A stretch of 64,000 nucleotides of DNA, taken from the NCBI GenBank assembly GCA_008363385.1, contig RHKY01000034.1:14903-78902 (forward strand), read 5' to 3'. The notes beneath the pieces are model-generated. The model was not told the origin of the DNA, did not search any database, and was given only the letters and a program-made list of their open reading frames with translations. Shown one piece after another: positions 18,806 through 27,647 of this stretch. The translations under genes and the position numbers were made by a program. Numbering within the stretch: position 1 is the stretch's first letter; each line of letters starts with the position of its first letter. The DNA comes from Acidobacteriota bacterium. GTDB taxonomy: Bacteria; Acidobacteriota; Thermoanaerobaculia; UBA5066.

Positions 18806-19459
18806 CTACGGCCGGGCTCGCGTGCCGGGACCCCGGCGCGCCGGACCCGGGCGCGCCGGCCTCCGCCGGTGGCGGCGCGCCTTCTCCCGGTTCCCGCAGA
18901 CCGTCATGTCGCACCATCGGCGGGAGCCGTTCCGGCTCCGGTCGAGGAAGAGCCAGGCGCAGCCCTCCCCCTCGCACCACCTCACGCGCCCCGTCTCGCC
19001 GGACGTCAGGAGCTCGGCGGCCGAGACCAGGACCGGCCAGAGGACCCGGTCGAGCGCGGGCGGGTCCTCCTCGCGCCACGCCCACGCGACGCCGGCCCCG
19101 TTCCGGACGAGGCGGCGCGCGGAGAGCGCGGCGGCGAGGGCCTCGTCGAGGGCAGCGAGCGAGGGCTCGGGAAGGGCCCGGCCCTCGACGACGGCCGCAA
19201 AGAGGCGGAACAGCTCCTCGCGAAGGCCCCGCGCCCGCTGCAGCGCCCGGGAGGCGGCGCGGGGATCCCGCCCCGCCTCGCGCGTGAGGCGCCGCGCTGT
19301 CCGCTCGTCGATCGCCCCGGCCTGCAGCCCCCAGGCGACGAGGTCGGCGTACTCGTGCAGGTGCTCCTTCGGCTCGGCCCGCCGCCGCTCGCCGAGGGTG
19401 TTCGGGAGGTCGAGGCAGAGGCTCCCCCCGGTGATCTCGAACCCGGGCGGCGGCCTCAT
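18806..19459 (-). CDS. ABATE / CGNR zinc-finger domain protein
   Basis: 217 aa with a C-terminal RWCEGEGCAWLFLDRSRNGSRRWCDMTVCGNREKARRH, the CGNR zinc-finger motif. Confidence 0.7.
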   Translation of the reverse strand: MRPPPGFEITGGSLCLDLPNTLGERRRAEPKEHLHEYADLVAWGLQAGAIDERTARRLTREAGRDPRAASRALQRARGLREELFRLFAAVVEGRALPEPSLAALDEALAAALSARRLVRNGAGVAWAWREEDPPALDRVLWPVLVSAAELLTSGETGRVRWCEGEGCAWLFLDRSRNGSRRWCDMTVCGNREKARRHRRRPARPGPARRGPGTRARP

Positions 19460-20403
19460 CGGCTCGCAGCGCCGCGGGCCGCCACGAGGGCCCGGAGGTT
19501 CCGCCCGAGGACGTCCTCCATCTGCGGCTGCCCGAGCCGTCCCAGCTTGGCCCGGATCCCGGGCCAGGACGGGTCGTCACGGTCCTCCCGCCCGGAGAGG
19601 AGGCTCGCCGTCTCCTCGCGGGTGAAGACGACCCCCGAGGCCTCCACGGAGAGCTTCGGGTTCTCGGGGCAGCGGGTCTGGCAGAGGAGGCAGCCCACCA
19701 GCGCGTGGTGCGCCTTCGGCTCGACCCAGGCCGGCCACTCCCCCGCGACCTCGTTGGCGAACGTCAGGCAGCGGTCGGCGTGGATCAGGACGCGGTCGGC
19801 GGAGATGGCGTCCGTCGGGCAGCTCTTGAGGCAGGCCCGGCAGGTCCGGCAGCGCTCCAGGAGCGCCGGCTCGGACAGCCTCCACGCCGCCGGGTGGGGG
19901 AGCCGGGCGTCGGTCGCGTATCCCGCGAGCTGGAGCCAGCTCCCGGCGCCCTCGGCGTACGTCACGTTGTTCCGGCCGTAGGAGACGAGCCCGAGGCGCG
20001 AGGCGACCTGCTTCAGCGGCGCGTTCAGCGTCTCGACGCGGGCCCCCGCGAGCGGGCCCTCGGAGATCGCCGTCCGGAGCTCCTCGAACAGGTCCCGGTA
20101 CCGGACGTACGTCGGCGGGAAGAGCGCCTCGACCGTCCCCTCCTCGCGGTCGAAGAGGACGGTGTGCGCCGGCCTCGGGACGACGACGACGAAGACCGAG
20201 CGGAGGCCCCGCGCCGCCAGGACGTTCGCCGCGTCGGTGGCGAGCGACTCCGAGGCGTACGCCGCGAGCGCCCTCGAGAGGCCCCGTCCCCGGACGTCGT
20301 CCAGCGCGGCGTCGACGACCTCGAGCGGCCCCCAGCCGACCCGGAAGCCCCGTTCCCCGGCCCATCCCGAGAGGCTCTTGCCGAAGCTCGTTCTCGCGTC
20401 CAT
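19456..20403 (-). CDS. 4Fe-4S dicluster domain protein (epoxyqueuosine-reductase/QueG-like Fe-S protein)
   Basis: 315 aa with two ferredoxin-type cysteine motifs, CRTCRACLKSCP and CLLCQTRCPENP. Confidence 0.55.
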   Translation of the reverse strand: MDARTSFGKSLSGWAGERGFRVGWGPLEVVDAALDDVRGRGLSRALAAYASESLATDAANVLAARGLRSVFVVVVPRPAHTVLFDREEGTVEALFPPTYVRYRDLFEELRTAISEGPLAGARVETLNAPLKQVASRLGLVSYGRNNVTYAEGAGSWLQLAGYATDARLPHPAAWRLSEPALLERCRTCRACLKSCPTDAISADRVLIHADRCLTFANEVAGEWPAWVEPKAHHALVGCLLCQTRCPENPKLSVEASGVVFTREETASLLSGREDRDDPSWPGIRAKLGRLGQPQMEDVLGRNLRALVAARGAASR

Positions 20404-20431
20404 CCCGGCCTCCGCGCGTCCGTCCCGCCGC

Positions 20432-20463
20432 GCTAACCATCAAAAGCGTTTTTGATGGTTAGC
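20432..20463. promoter_or_regulatory. AT-rich near-perfect 32-bp palindrome (candidate operator) in a divergent promoter region
   Basis: gctaaccatcaaaaGCGTttttgatggttagc: two 14-nt arms are exact reverse complements around a 4-nt centre. It lies about 30 nt upstream of the start of 19456..20403 (-) and about 110 nt upstream of 20574 (+). It is conspicuously AT-rich against a 73 % GC background. Confidence 0.6.
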
Positions 20464-20573
20464 ACGAACATGGGCCCCGCCAGGCCACCTGTCAAGGCGG
20501 AGGCCGGGCGTCCGGGCGTCGATCCACGTCGCCCCCGGACGCCCATAATCGAGGGGCGCCGGAGGACCCGCCG

Positions 20574-21116
20574 ATGCAGCGCTTCGAAGCCGCTCCCTGG
20601 CCCACCTCGCTGAAGGTCGTCTCGCTGATCGGCGCCGCCCTCCTGGTCGCCGTCGGGATCGGGGCCGCCCGAGCGATCCCGCACGGGACGCGCGTCCCCT
20701 TCGCCGAGACGTTCGGGACGTTCGTCTCGTTCGTCCCTCCCGCGATCGCCCTCTTCGCCCTCCTCTTCGTCGTCCGGGCGTACGAGGTCTCGCCGGGCGA
20801 GCTCCGCGTCCAGCGCCTCCTCTGGTCCACCCGCCTCGACCTCGCCGGCCTGAGGCGTGCGTGGCACGACCCCGAGGCGATGTGCGGCTCGCTCCGGGTC
20901 TTCGGCAACGGCGGGCTCTTCTCCTTCACCGGCCTCTACCAGAACCGGGCCCTCGGGCGGTACCGGGCGTTCGTCACCGACCCGAAGAGGTCCGTCGTCC
21001 TCGTCCTCCCCGCGCGCACCCTCGTCCTCTCGCCCGCCGAGCCGCGCGCCTTCGTCGAGGGGCTCCACGCCTTCTTCCCGCGGATCGAGAGCGGCCCGGC
21101 CCCGGGCCACGGCTGA
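20574..21116 (+). CDS. hypothetical membrane protein (bacterial PH-like)
   Basis: 180 aa with an ATG start, two TM helices, then a compact soluble domain. The coding composition is good. Confidence 0.5.
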   Translation: MQRFEAAPWPTSLKVVSLIGAALLVAVGIGAARAIPHGTRVPFAETFGTFVSFVPPAIALFALLFVVRAYEVSPGELRVQRLLWSTRLDLAGLRRAWHDPEAMCGSLRVFGNGGLFSFTGLYQNRALGRYRAFVTDPKRSVVLVLPARTLVLSPAEPRAFVEGLHAFFPRIESGPAPGHG

Positions 21117-21151
21117 CGCACGCGACGCCCGGGGATCGCTAAGATCCGCGC

Positions 21152-21892
21152 GTGCACCCGAGCGAACCGGGCCCGGGCGAGCGGCTCCTCACCGGCCTCC
21201 TGGCCGCACTCGACCGGGCCGAGCGGCACGAGCGCCCCTTCGGCCACCTCCTCCTCGAGGACGTCGTCTCGCCCGAGATGCACGCCACGCTCCGCGAGAG
21301 GCTCCCCGCCCCCGAGACCTACGACCCCGACCGGCCGCAGAAGTACCGGCGCCCGGACGGCACCGTCGCCCGCTCGGTCCTGCCGCTCGACGACCACGGG
21401 ATCGCGCCCCTCCCCCCGGACCGGCGGGGCTTCTGGGCCGACGTGCGGCGCTCGCTCTCGTCGCCGGCCCTGAAGGCGCGCGTCTTCGGCCTCCTCGGGC
21501 GGGACCTCGGCCGCCGCTTCCGGGTGAGCCCTGACTCCCTCGCCGGGCTCGCCGCCCACCCGCGCGCGAGCCTCGTCCGCGACCTCCCGGGCTACTGGAT
21601 CGAGCCCCACCCCGACTCGCCGGCGAAGGTCGTCACGCTCCAGATCTACCTCCCCTCGCACGGGAGCCCGCGCCACCTCGGGACGTCCTTCTACCGGCTC
21701 CGCCCGTGGGGCTTCCTCCGGACGGGACGCCTCCTCGAGGAGTTCCGGCGCGTCCCGTTCGAGCCCGGCTGTGGCTACGCCTTCGCGGTCGGAACGAAGA
21801 GCTGGCACGGCGTCGAGCGGATCCCCGACGGCTCGGGCGTCCGCGACTCGCTCATGCTCGTCTGGTTCCGCGACCCCGCCCGGCGGCGCTGA
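21152..21892 (+). CDS. hypothetical protein, possible 2OG-Fe(II) oxygenase fold
   Basis: 246 aa. An HxD...H arrangement (EPHPDS ... SWHGVERIP) suggests a double-stranded beta-helix oxygenase. The start codon is uncertain. Confidence 0.4.
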   Translation: MHPSEPGPGERLLTGLLAALDRAERHERPFGHLLLEDVVSPEMHATLRERLPAPETYDPDRPQKYRRPDGTVARSVLPLDDHGIAPLPPDRRGFWADVRRSLSSPALKARVFGLLGRDLGRRFRVSPDSLAGLAAHPRASLVRDLPGYWIEPHPDSPAKVVTLQIYLPSHGSPRHLGTSFYRLRPWGFLRTGRLLEEFRRVPFEPGCGYAFAVGTKSWHGVERIPDGSGVRDSLMLVWFRDPARRR

Positions 21893-21941
21893 GTCACGCC
21901 CTTCCCGTCGGCCCCTGGCCCGGGAGACCGGGCCGCCGTCG

Positions 21942-22481
21942 CTACATCGTGATGAAGTGGCCCGAGAAGCTCCCGCCGACCGGCGTCCGGAGGCAGACCC
22001 CGCGACGGGCGTCGTTTCCGGCCGCGTAGGCCGGCAGCCCGCTCTCCGCCGTCTCGTTGAGCCCGTACCAGGGATCCAGGCAGACGATCTGCCCGCCCCG
22101 CGTCCGCCGGGCGCAGACGATGAAGTGCCCGCCGCCGCTGGGCCAGGCGACCCGGGCGATGAACGGGAACCGCGCGGCGGCGAAGTGCGCCGCGACCGCG
22201 GTCGAATAGCTGGCGGTCGCCTGGATGTTCGCCTTCTGCAGCGCCGCCGCCAGCGCCGTGTAGGCCGCCGTCCCGTTGGCCTCCGTGTAGCCGTTCGGCA
22301 AGAGCGCCATCAGCTGGCGGACGCGCTCCTCGCCGCCGACGAGGCACATCTGCGCCCGCATGGTCTCGATCATGTAGACGCAGGCCGGCCCGCACGACTG
22401 GCTCCGCTCCTGGAGCCAGACGATGTGGCTCGTCCCGTCGCTGTCGTTCCCGATGTCGTACCCCATCGCCGCCACCTCCAT
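21942..22481 (-). CDS. papain-like cysteine peptidase, C39-like domain protein
   Basis: 179 aa with QERSQSCGPACVYMI (the Q...CGxAC catalytic Cys motif of peptidase C39-like domains) and a downstream His (GGGHFIVC). Confidence 0.6.
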   Translation of the reverse strand: MEVAAMGYDIGNDSDGTSHIVWLQERSQSCGPACVYMIETMRAQMCLVGGEERVRQLMALLPNGYTEANGTAAYTALAAALQKANIQATASYSTAVAAHFAAARFPFIARVAWPSGGGHFIVCARRTRGGQIVCLDPWYGLNETAESGLPAYAAGNDARRGVCLRTPVGGSFSGHFITM

Positions 22482-22584
22482 CCTTCGCCCCGTTCGGAGC
22501 GGGCCGGACGCCGAGTCGGGCTGGACGAGAGGGATCGTATCGCGGCCGGGGCGCTGCGGATCGGCCGGACGCCGCGGGTGGACG

Positions 22585-25500
22585 TCAGGCGGTCGCGGCC
22601 GGGACGAGGCGGGGGTGGAGCGCTGCCGGGATCGGCGTGTCGAGCCTCCAGACGATGCTCACCGGCCGCTCCCCCTCGTGCGACTCGTACCGCGCCCGTC
22701 CCAGGAACGTGAACGCCACGGCGCGCCCCTCCGCGTCCTTGGACCGCTCGCGGACGAAGAGCCAGAAGCTCCAGCCGCTCCCGTCCTCGCCCGTGTATCG
22801 GCGCAAGGTCGGTGAGCCGCTCCGGACGGTGCTCTGCGTCTGCCAGTGGAAGCGGCCCGGCCCGAGCGCGTAGTCGTGGTAGCGCGTGGAGGGACGGAAG
22901 AGGCGCGCCTCCTTCTCGACCGTCACGAAGAGGAGCTCGGCGGCCTGGTCCGGCATCCGGAAGACCCCCTCGCGGCTGGGCGCCTTCCGCTCGAGCGTCG
23001 ACGCCCCGACAGCGGCCAGGACCTCGTCCCGCTGGTACGACCGGTGGAGCGAGAGGGCCCACCCGGGCGGCAGGCTGGCACCGGGGCTGACGCTGGGGGT
23101 CCGCTCCAGGAGCAGCTCCGCCAGCTCGGCCAGCTCCCCTCCGGCGGGCGAGTACGCAAGGCGGGCCACGAGGCCGTGCGGCGTCCGGGGCGCCCCGTCC
23201 GGGAAGAGCCTCCGCGCCAGCATCACCAGCCGCCGGCCGTCCGCCGTCGTCAGCGCCTCGATCTCGGCCGGCCCGAGGTTCGGGATCCGTTTCCAGAGCG
23301 AGAGCCGCTCGGGCTCGTCGACGTGGAGGAGGCCGCCCAGCCGGCGCGCGAGCTCCTCGTCCCCGGACTCCGGACCGATCAGGCCTGCCGCCCGGCGAAT
23401 CGCCGTCCAGCTTCCGAGGGACGAGGCGTAGACGTCGTCGAGCTCGCGCCCGGTCTCGTCCAGGAACCGGGCGAGCGTCACGTCTCCCCCGCCGCCGGCC
23501 ATCTCGCGCGCTTCGCGGACGAGCGTCTCCTTCTTCCGGTCGAGCGCCTGCCTCAGGTGCGCGAGCACCTGCTCGCGGACGATCCGGTCCAGCTGGAGGC
23601 TGCATCCGGCCGGGAGGAGGGGGAAGCCCCGATCGACCTCCTCGCGGAGCGTCCCTCTCTGCATCCCCGTCAGCGCCCGCAGGACCGCCTCGAAGCGGAA
23701 CTCCCTCCGGTGCTGCCCCACGAAGTCGAGGACCAGCGCGGCCGTCTTCCCCTCCGACAGGCGCAGCCCGCGCCCCAGCTGCTGCTGGAAGAGGAGGACG
23801 CTGTCCGTCGGGCGGAGGAGGAGGATCGTGTCCACCTCCGGGATGTCGACCCCTTCGTTGTAGAGGTCGCACGTGAAGACGACCGAGACCTCGCCGTCGC
23901 GCAGCCTCCGGGGGGCCTGCTCGCGCTCCTCGTCGGAGGAGCCGCCGTGGACCGCGAGGGCCGGCACCCCCCACTCGGTGAACCTCCGCGCCATGAACCT
24001 CGCGTGCTCGACGCCGACGCAGAAGCCGAGCGCGCGGACTCTCATCGGGTCGCCCGCCTTCTCGCAGAGCTGCTTCAGGACCAGGGCCGCCCGCGCGTCG
24101 TTCCCCGTGTAGACGTTCTCGAGGCCCGCGTCGACGTACCGCCCACGCCGCCACTCGACCGCCGTCAGGTCCGTCCCGTCGCTGATCCCGAAGTAGTCGA
24201 AGGGCGCCACCAGCTGCCGGTCGATCGCGTCCCAGAGGCGGATCTCGGCGCTCGGGTGGCCGCCGAACCGGGAGAGGACGTCCTGCATGTCCGTCCGCTC
24301 GGGCGTGGCGGTGAGCCCGAGGAGGACCCCCGGGTCCAGCACGTCGAGGAGCCTCCGGTACGTCGGGGCCGCCGCGTGGTGGAACTCGTCGACGACGACC
24401 ACGTCCCAGTGAGTCCTGCCGAGGCGGGTGGCCAGGTCCTGCCGGTCGAGGCTCTGGATCGTCGCGAAGAGGTGGTCGTGCGCCTCCGGGGTCCGGCCGC
24501 CCCCCATCCGCTCGCCGAACGACGCGTCGCGGAGCACGGTCCGGTAGGCCTGGAGCGCCTGGTCGAGGATCTCCTCCCGGTGGGCGACGAAGAGGAGGCG
24601 CGGCGCGAGGCCCTTCTCCTGCCGGAGGCGGCGGTAGTCGAACGCCGCCACCATCGTCTTGCCGGTCCCCGTCGCCGCCACGACGAGGTGGCGCGACTTC
24701 CCGAGGAGGCGCCGTTCGGCGTCGAGCCGGTCCAAGATCTCCTGCTGGAACGGGTACGGCCTCACGTCCGGGAAGAAGGCGGTCCCGCGGACGGACACCG
24801 GGACGCCGCGTGCCTGGGCGAGGGCCCCTTCGAGCCTCGCCGCCGTCTCCGGGTCGCGCGGGTCGATCGCCTCGAACTCCGGGTCGTCCCAGAGCGAGTC
24901 GAAGGCCGCTCGGAAGCGCTCGACCACGGCCGGGCTCTCCCGTTCCGAGGCTTTCAGCGTCCACTCGAGCCCCTCGCCCAGCGCCGGGGCCGAGAGGTTC
25001 GCCGACCCGACGTAGACCGTCGAGAGGCCGTTCGACCGCCGGAAGAGCCACGCCTTGGCGTGCAGGCGCGTCCGGCGCCCGTCGTACGAGACCCGGACCT
25101 CCGCCCCCTCCATCGCCGCGATCTCGAGGAGCGCTCTCGCCTCCGTCGCGCCGGTGTACGTCGTGGCGAGGAGCCGGAAGCGGCCCTTCCGCCGAAGGAG
25201 GCTCTCGACAGGCTCCCGGACTCGCTGCCACCCCCGCCACGTCACGAAGCTGACGAGAGCGTCCACCTCGTCGGCGCTTTCCATCTCGGCGGCGAGCTCG
25301 GCCCCCAGCCGGGGCTCGTCGCGCCCCGCGGTCAGGAGGACGCTCCGGTCGAGCGGCGTCACCGGGCGGCGCGTCGGCGCCGCCCCGGCCCGGATTCCCC
25401 GGAGGACCCGCAGCGGCGGGACGACCGTCTCCTCGCCGCCGTCCTCGAAGCCCCTCTCGCGGAGCCAGTCGAGCGCCTCGTTCGCGAGGCGGACGACGCG

Positions 25501-25713
25501 GTCCTCCCCGGCCGCGTCCTCGTCCTCTGCAGGCTCCTGCCGCGCCAGCGTCCTCGAGATGGCACGAGAGAGATGGCGGACGAGCCGCTCCTGGGCCTCC
25601 TCGGCACCGGGACCGTCGTCGACGTCGGGAAGCAGACCGGTGGCCGAGGCCTCGGAGACCAGCCGCTCGAGGGCCCGCGTCAGCAGGTCGTCGTAGATCC
25701 CGGGGCGCGGCAT
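22585..25713 (-). CDS. PLD-family nuclease + SF2 (DExH) helicase + DUF3427-like C-terminal domain protein; restriction/defence-like
   Basis: 1042 aa. The N-terminal PLD/NgoFVII-like HKD motif is RLHAKAWLF...VYVGSANLS. Helicase motifs are VAATGTGKT (Walker A), VVVVDEFHHAAA (DExH), GLTATPER and the motif VI region QQLGRGLR. The C-terminal about 250 aa are conserved-looking (HDYALGPGRFHWQTQ). Confidence 0.8.
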   Translation of the reverse strand: MPRPGIYDDLLTRALERLVSEASATGLLPDVDDGPGAEEAQERLVRHLSRAISRTLARQEPAEDEDAAGEDRVVRLANEALDWLRERGFEDGGEETVVPPLRVLRGIRAGAAPTRRPVTPLDRSVLLTAGRDEPRLGAELAAEMESADEVDALVSFVTWRGWQRVREPVESLLRRKGRFRLLATTYTGATEARALLEIAAMEGAEVRVSYDGRRTRLHAKAWLFRRSNGLSTVYVGSANLSAPALGEGLEWTLKASERESPAVVERFRAAFDSLWDDPEFEAIDPRDPETAARLEGALAQARGVPVSVRGTAFFPDVRPYPFQQEILDRLDAERRLLGKSRHLVVAATGTGKTMVAAFDYRRLRQEKGLAPRLLFVAHREEILDQALQAYRTVLRDASFGERMGGGRTPEAHDHLFATIQSLDRQDLATRLGRTHWDVVVVDEFHHAAAPTYRRLLDVLDPGVLLGLTATPERTDMQDVLSRFGGHPSAEIRLWDAIDRQLVAPFDYFGISDGTDLTAVEWRRGRYVDAGLENVYTGNDARAALVLKQLCEKAGDPMRVRALGFCVGVEHARFMARRFTEWGVPALAVHGGSSDEEREQAPRRLRDGEVSVVFTCDLYNEGVDIPEVDTILLLRPTDSVLLFQQQLGRGLRLSEGKTAALVLDFVGQHRREFRFEAVLRALTGMQRGTLREEVDRGFPLLPAGCSLQLDRIVREQVLAHLRQALDRKKETLVREAREMAGGGGDVTLARFLDETGRELDDVYASSLGSWTAIRRAAGLIGPESGDEELARRLGGLLHVDEPERLSLWKRIPNLGPAEIEALTTADGRRLVMLARRLFPDGAPRTPHGLVARLAYSPAGGELAELAELLLERTPSVSPGASLPPGWALSLHRSYQRDEVLAAVGASTLERKAPSREGVFRMPDQAAELLFVTVEKEARLFRPSTRYHDYALGPGRFHWQTQSTVRSGSPTLRRYTGEDGSGWSFWLFVRERSKDAEGRAVAFTFLGRARYESHEGERPVSIVWRLDTPIPAALHPRLVPAATA

Positions 25714-25766
25714 TCGCGAAGACTACCCCGCGCGTCGTCCGGCCGGGCGCGCCCGGCGGCGCCGGG

Positions 25767-26171
25767 TCAGGATCGCTTCGCGGGGACTGCCGCCTCGACG
25801 TCGGTCCGTCCGAAGTCGTCGCCCTTGAAGAGGAGCGGCTCGCCGAGCGCCTGGGCGAGCGCGTAGGCGAAGCAGGCCCCGAAGTTCAGCCCGGCCGCGT
25901 GGCGCCCCTTTCCGTACCGGCTGAAGGCACGCCTCGCGATCCGGAGCTGCTCGACGTCGACGGGAGCGACTTCGACGTCCGCCGTCTCGAGGAGGTGATC
26001 GAGGTCGCTCGCCCCCTCCGGCCCGAAGCGGGACTCGACGAAGATCGCGGTCTCGAGAAGCGTCGCCGCCGAGACCGTCCGGCTCTCCGCCGACTCGATG
26101 GCTTCGGTGAACGCACGGCGCTCCGGCTCGTCGAGGAGGATCGCGATCAGCGCCGACGTGTCGATGACCAT
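25767..26171 (-). CDS. vapC: PIN-domain toxin VapC
   Basis: 134 aa starting MVIDTSALIAILLDEP, with acidic residues at PIN positions. Confidence 0.8.
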   Translation of the reverse strand: MVIDTSALIAILLDEPERRAFTEAIESAESRTVSAATLLETAIFVESRFGPEGASDLDHLLETADVEVAPVDVEQLRIARRAFSRYGKGRHAAGLNFGACFAYALAQALGEPLLFKGDDFGRTDVEAAVPAKRS

Positions 26172-26425
26172 CAGCGCGGGAGTCCCCGCTCGTCGTACCC
26201 GAGGATCTCCTCGGGACTCCGCCCGTCCCGGACGGGGAGCCGGGAGCAGTGCCGCGCGATCGCGTCCAGCTCGTCGGCGAGACGGTGTCCTCGCCGCTCT
26301 CGGCGAAGACGGGCGAGGCGGTCTCGAAGGGCCCGGGTCACCGCCTCGGTCTTCGTCTCCCCGGCCAGCCGCGCGACGGCCTCTGCCAGCTTCTCCGCCT
26401 CGGGGTTCCGGATGTTCAGGGCCAC
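26171..26425 (-). CDS. vapB: VapB-type antitoxin (FitA/Rv0623-like RHH)
   Basis: 84 aa starting MALNIRNPEAEKLAEAVARLAGETKTEAVTRALRDRLARL. Its stop overlaps the vapC start. Confidence 0.75.
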   Translation of the reverse strand: MALNIRNPEAEKLAEAVARLAGETKTEAVTRALRDRLARLRRERRGHRLADELDAIARHCSRLPVRDGRSPEEILGYDERGLPR

Positions 26426-26596
26426 GGGATCACCTCTCCCGTGCCGGATTCTACACGTATCGCTCGAATGCTACACGAGTGGATCAGAGCGTGACCGGGC
26501 CGGATCCTCCGCGCAGCGATGAAGCCGACGCCCCGTCGCCGGCGAACCGGGCGACGAGGGCCATGGGCACGTCCTCGGGTCACCCTGCCCGCACCG

Positions 26597-26977
26597 TCAG
26601 AGCCCCAGCTCCGACTTGACGCGCTCCCAGGGGATCGTCCCCTTGCGCCTCGCCTCCCGCAGGGCGGCACGGGCAGCCCGCCTGTCCGCAGCGTCGTCCA
26701 GGCGGCGCAGCCGCTCGAGGTCCTCGATGGGGACGACGGCGGCGACCGTCCTCCTGCCGTGCCGCAAAACCACTCGTTCGCCGCGGCTCGCCCGGACGAG
26801 GGCCCGGCGGAGCCGGTCCGCTGACGCTTCCGTGTCGCGAGGCGCTCGTCGCTCTCCGGGACTCGTCTTCCGGCAGGCGGACGACGTGAGGCTGGTTCCC
26901 ACAGCCCGGCGCGGTGCCTTCGCGGCGACCGTCGGCCGGTCGGCCCCGGCGCCGTCAGTCCCCGAACGGGACCGCAT
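26597..26977 (-). CDS. Phd/YefM-family antitoxin-like protein (start uncertain, likely shorter)
   Basis: The C-terminal about 80 aa (ADRLRRALVRASRGERVVLRHGRRTVAAVVPIEDLERLRRL...) match Phd/YefM. No cognate toxin gene is adjacent. Confidence 0.5.
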   Translation of the reverse strand: MRSRSGTDGAGADRPTVAAKAPRRAVGTSLTSSACRKTSPGERRAPRDTEASADRLRRALVRASRGERVVLRHGRRTVAAVVPIEDLERLRRLDDAADRRAARAALREARRKGTIPWERVKSELGL

Positions 26978-27253
26978 ACGTCACGTATTCCCGCGGGCAC
27001 GCCTCGCCCGGCCAGGTGAGGCTCATCGTCGTCCATCGCGCCGGATACACATTGTCGAGCACCCGCAGCGTCGCCTCGTCCTCTTCGGCGACGGGCCCGA
27101 GAAGCCCGTCCTCCGACGGGTCGACCTCCACGGCCTCCAGATGCAGCGGGCACCCGTTCAGCCAGAGGACCGTCCTCAGCTGGCGTCGATCACCTCGGAC
27201 GTCGGTCCATCGCTCTGGCGGGATGCACACGTCGGTCGCGCACGATGCCTGCG

Positions 27254-27637
27254 TCACGCGTCGCCTCCGTCCCCGCTCTCTCGAACACCGCCGCTCGAGG
27301 GGGATGCAGCGCGGAGCCTCGCCGCGTCCGGGCCGAACCCCACGATCCGCGTGCGGACCCACACCCCCTTCTCGACCTCGCCCTCGGCTTCGGCCGGGCG
27401 ATGGTCCTCGCAGTCCCAGCTCCGGAACCGGAAGCGGCTAGGAAGTCGGCTGGCATCGGCCTCCAACGGTGACATTGTGTCGACGTCATCCGCCCCTATT
27501 CCGATGGCTCGCGCCTGGCCCTGCTTCCACACCAGGAGGAGGCGCGGGCCATCCTTCCCCTGCCAGACCGACAGCGGGGCGCCGCAGGCCGGGCATGAGA
27601 GGGGTGGCTCCGGCCGGTACCAATCGAACATCCCCAT
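27254..27637 (-). CDS. hypothetical zinc-ribbon protein (possibly the 5' part of a frameshifted gene)
   Basis: A GAGGAG ribosome-binding site lies 6 nt upstream of the ATG. The protein starts MGMFDWYRPEPPLSCPACGAPLSVWQGK. The overlapping track ORF 26955..27362 has a protein-like C-terminus in another frame. Confidence 0.45.
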   Translation of the reverse strand: MGMFDWYRPEPPLSCPACGAPLSVWQGKDGPRLLLVWKQGQARAIGIGADDVDTMSPLEADASRLPSRFRFRSWDCEDHRPAEAEGEVEKGVWVRTRIVGFGPDAARLRAASPSSGGVRESGDGGDA

Positions 27638-27647
27638 CAGGGTCTCC

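Noticed and set aside
22370-25866. ORFs 22370..25240 (-) and 22846..25866 (+)
   Set aside because: Alternative frames of the helicase-nuclease gene, with no motifs and RG-rich composition.
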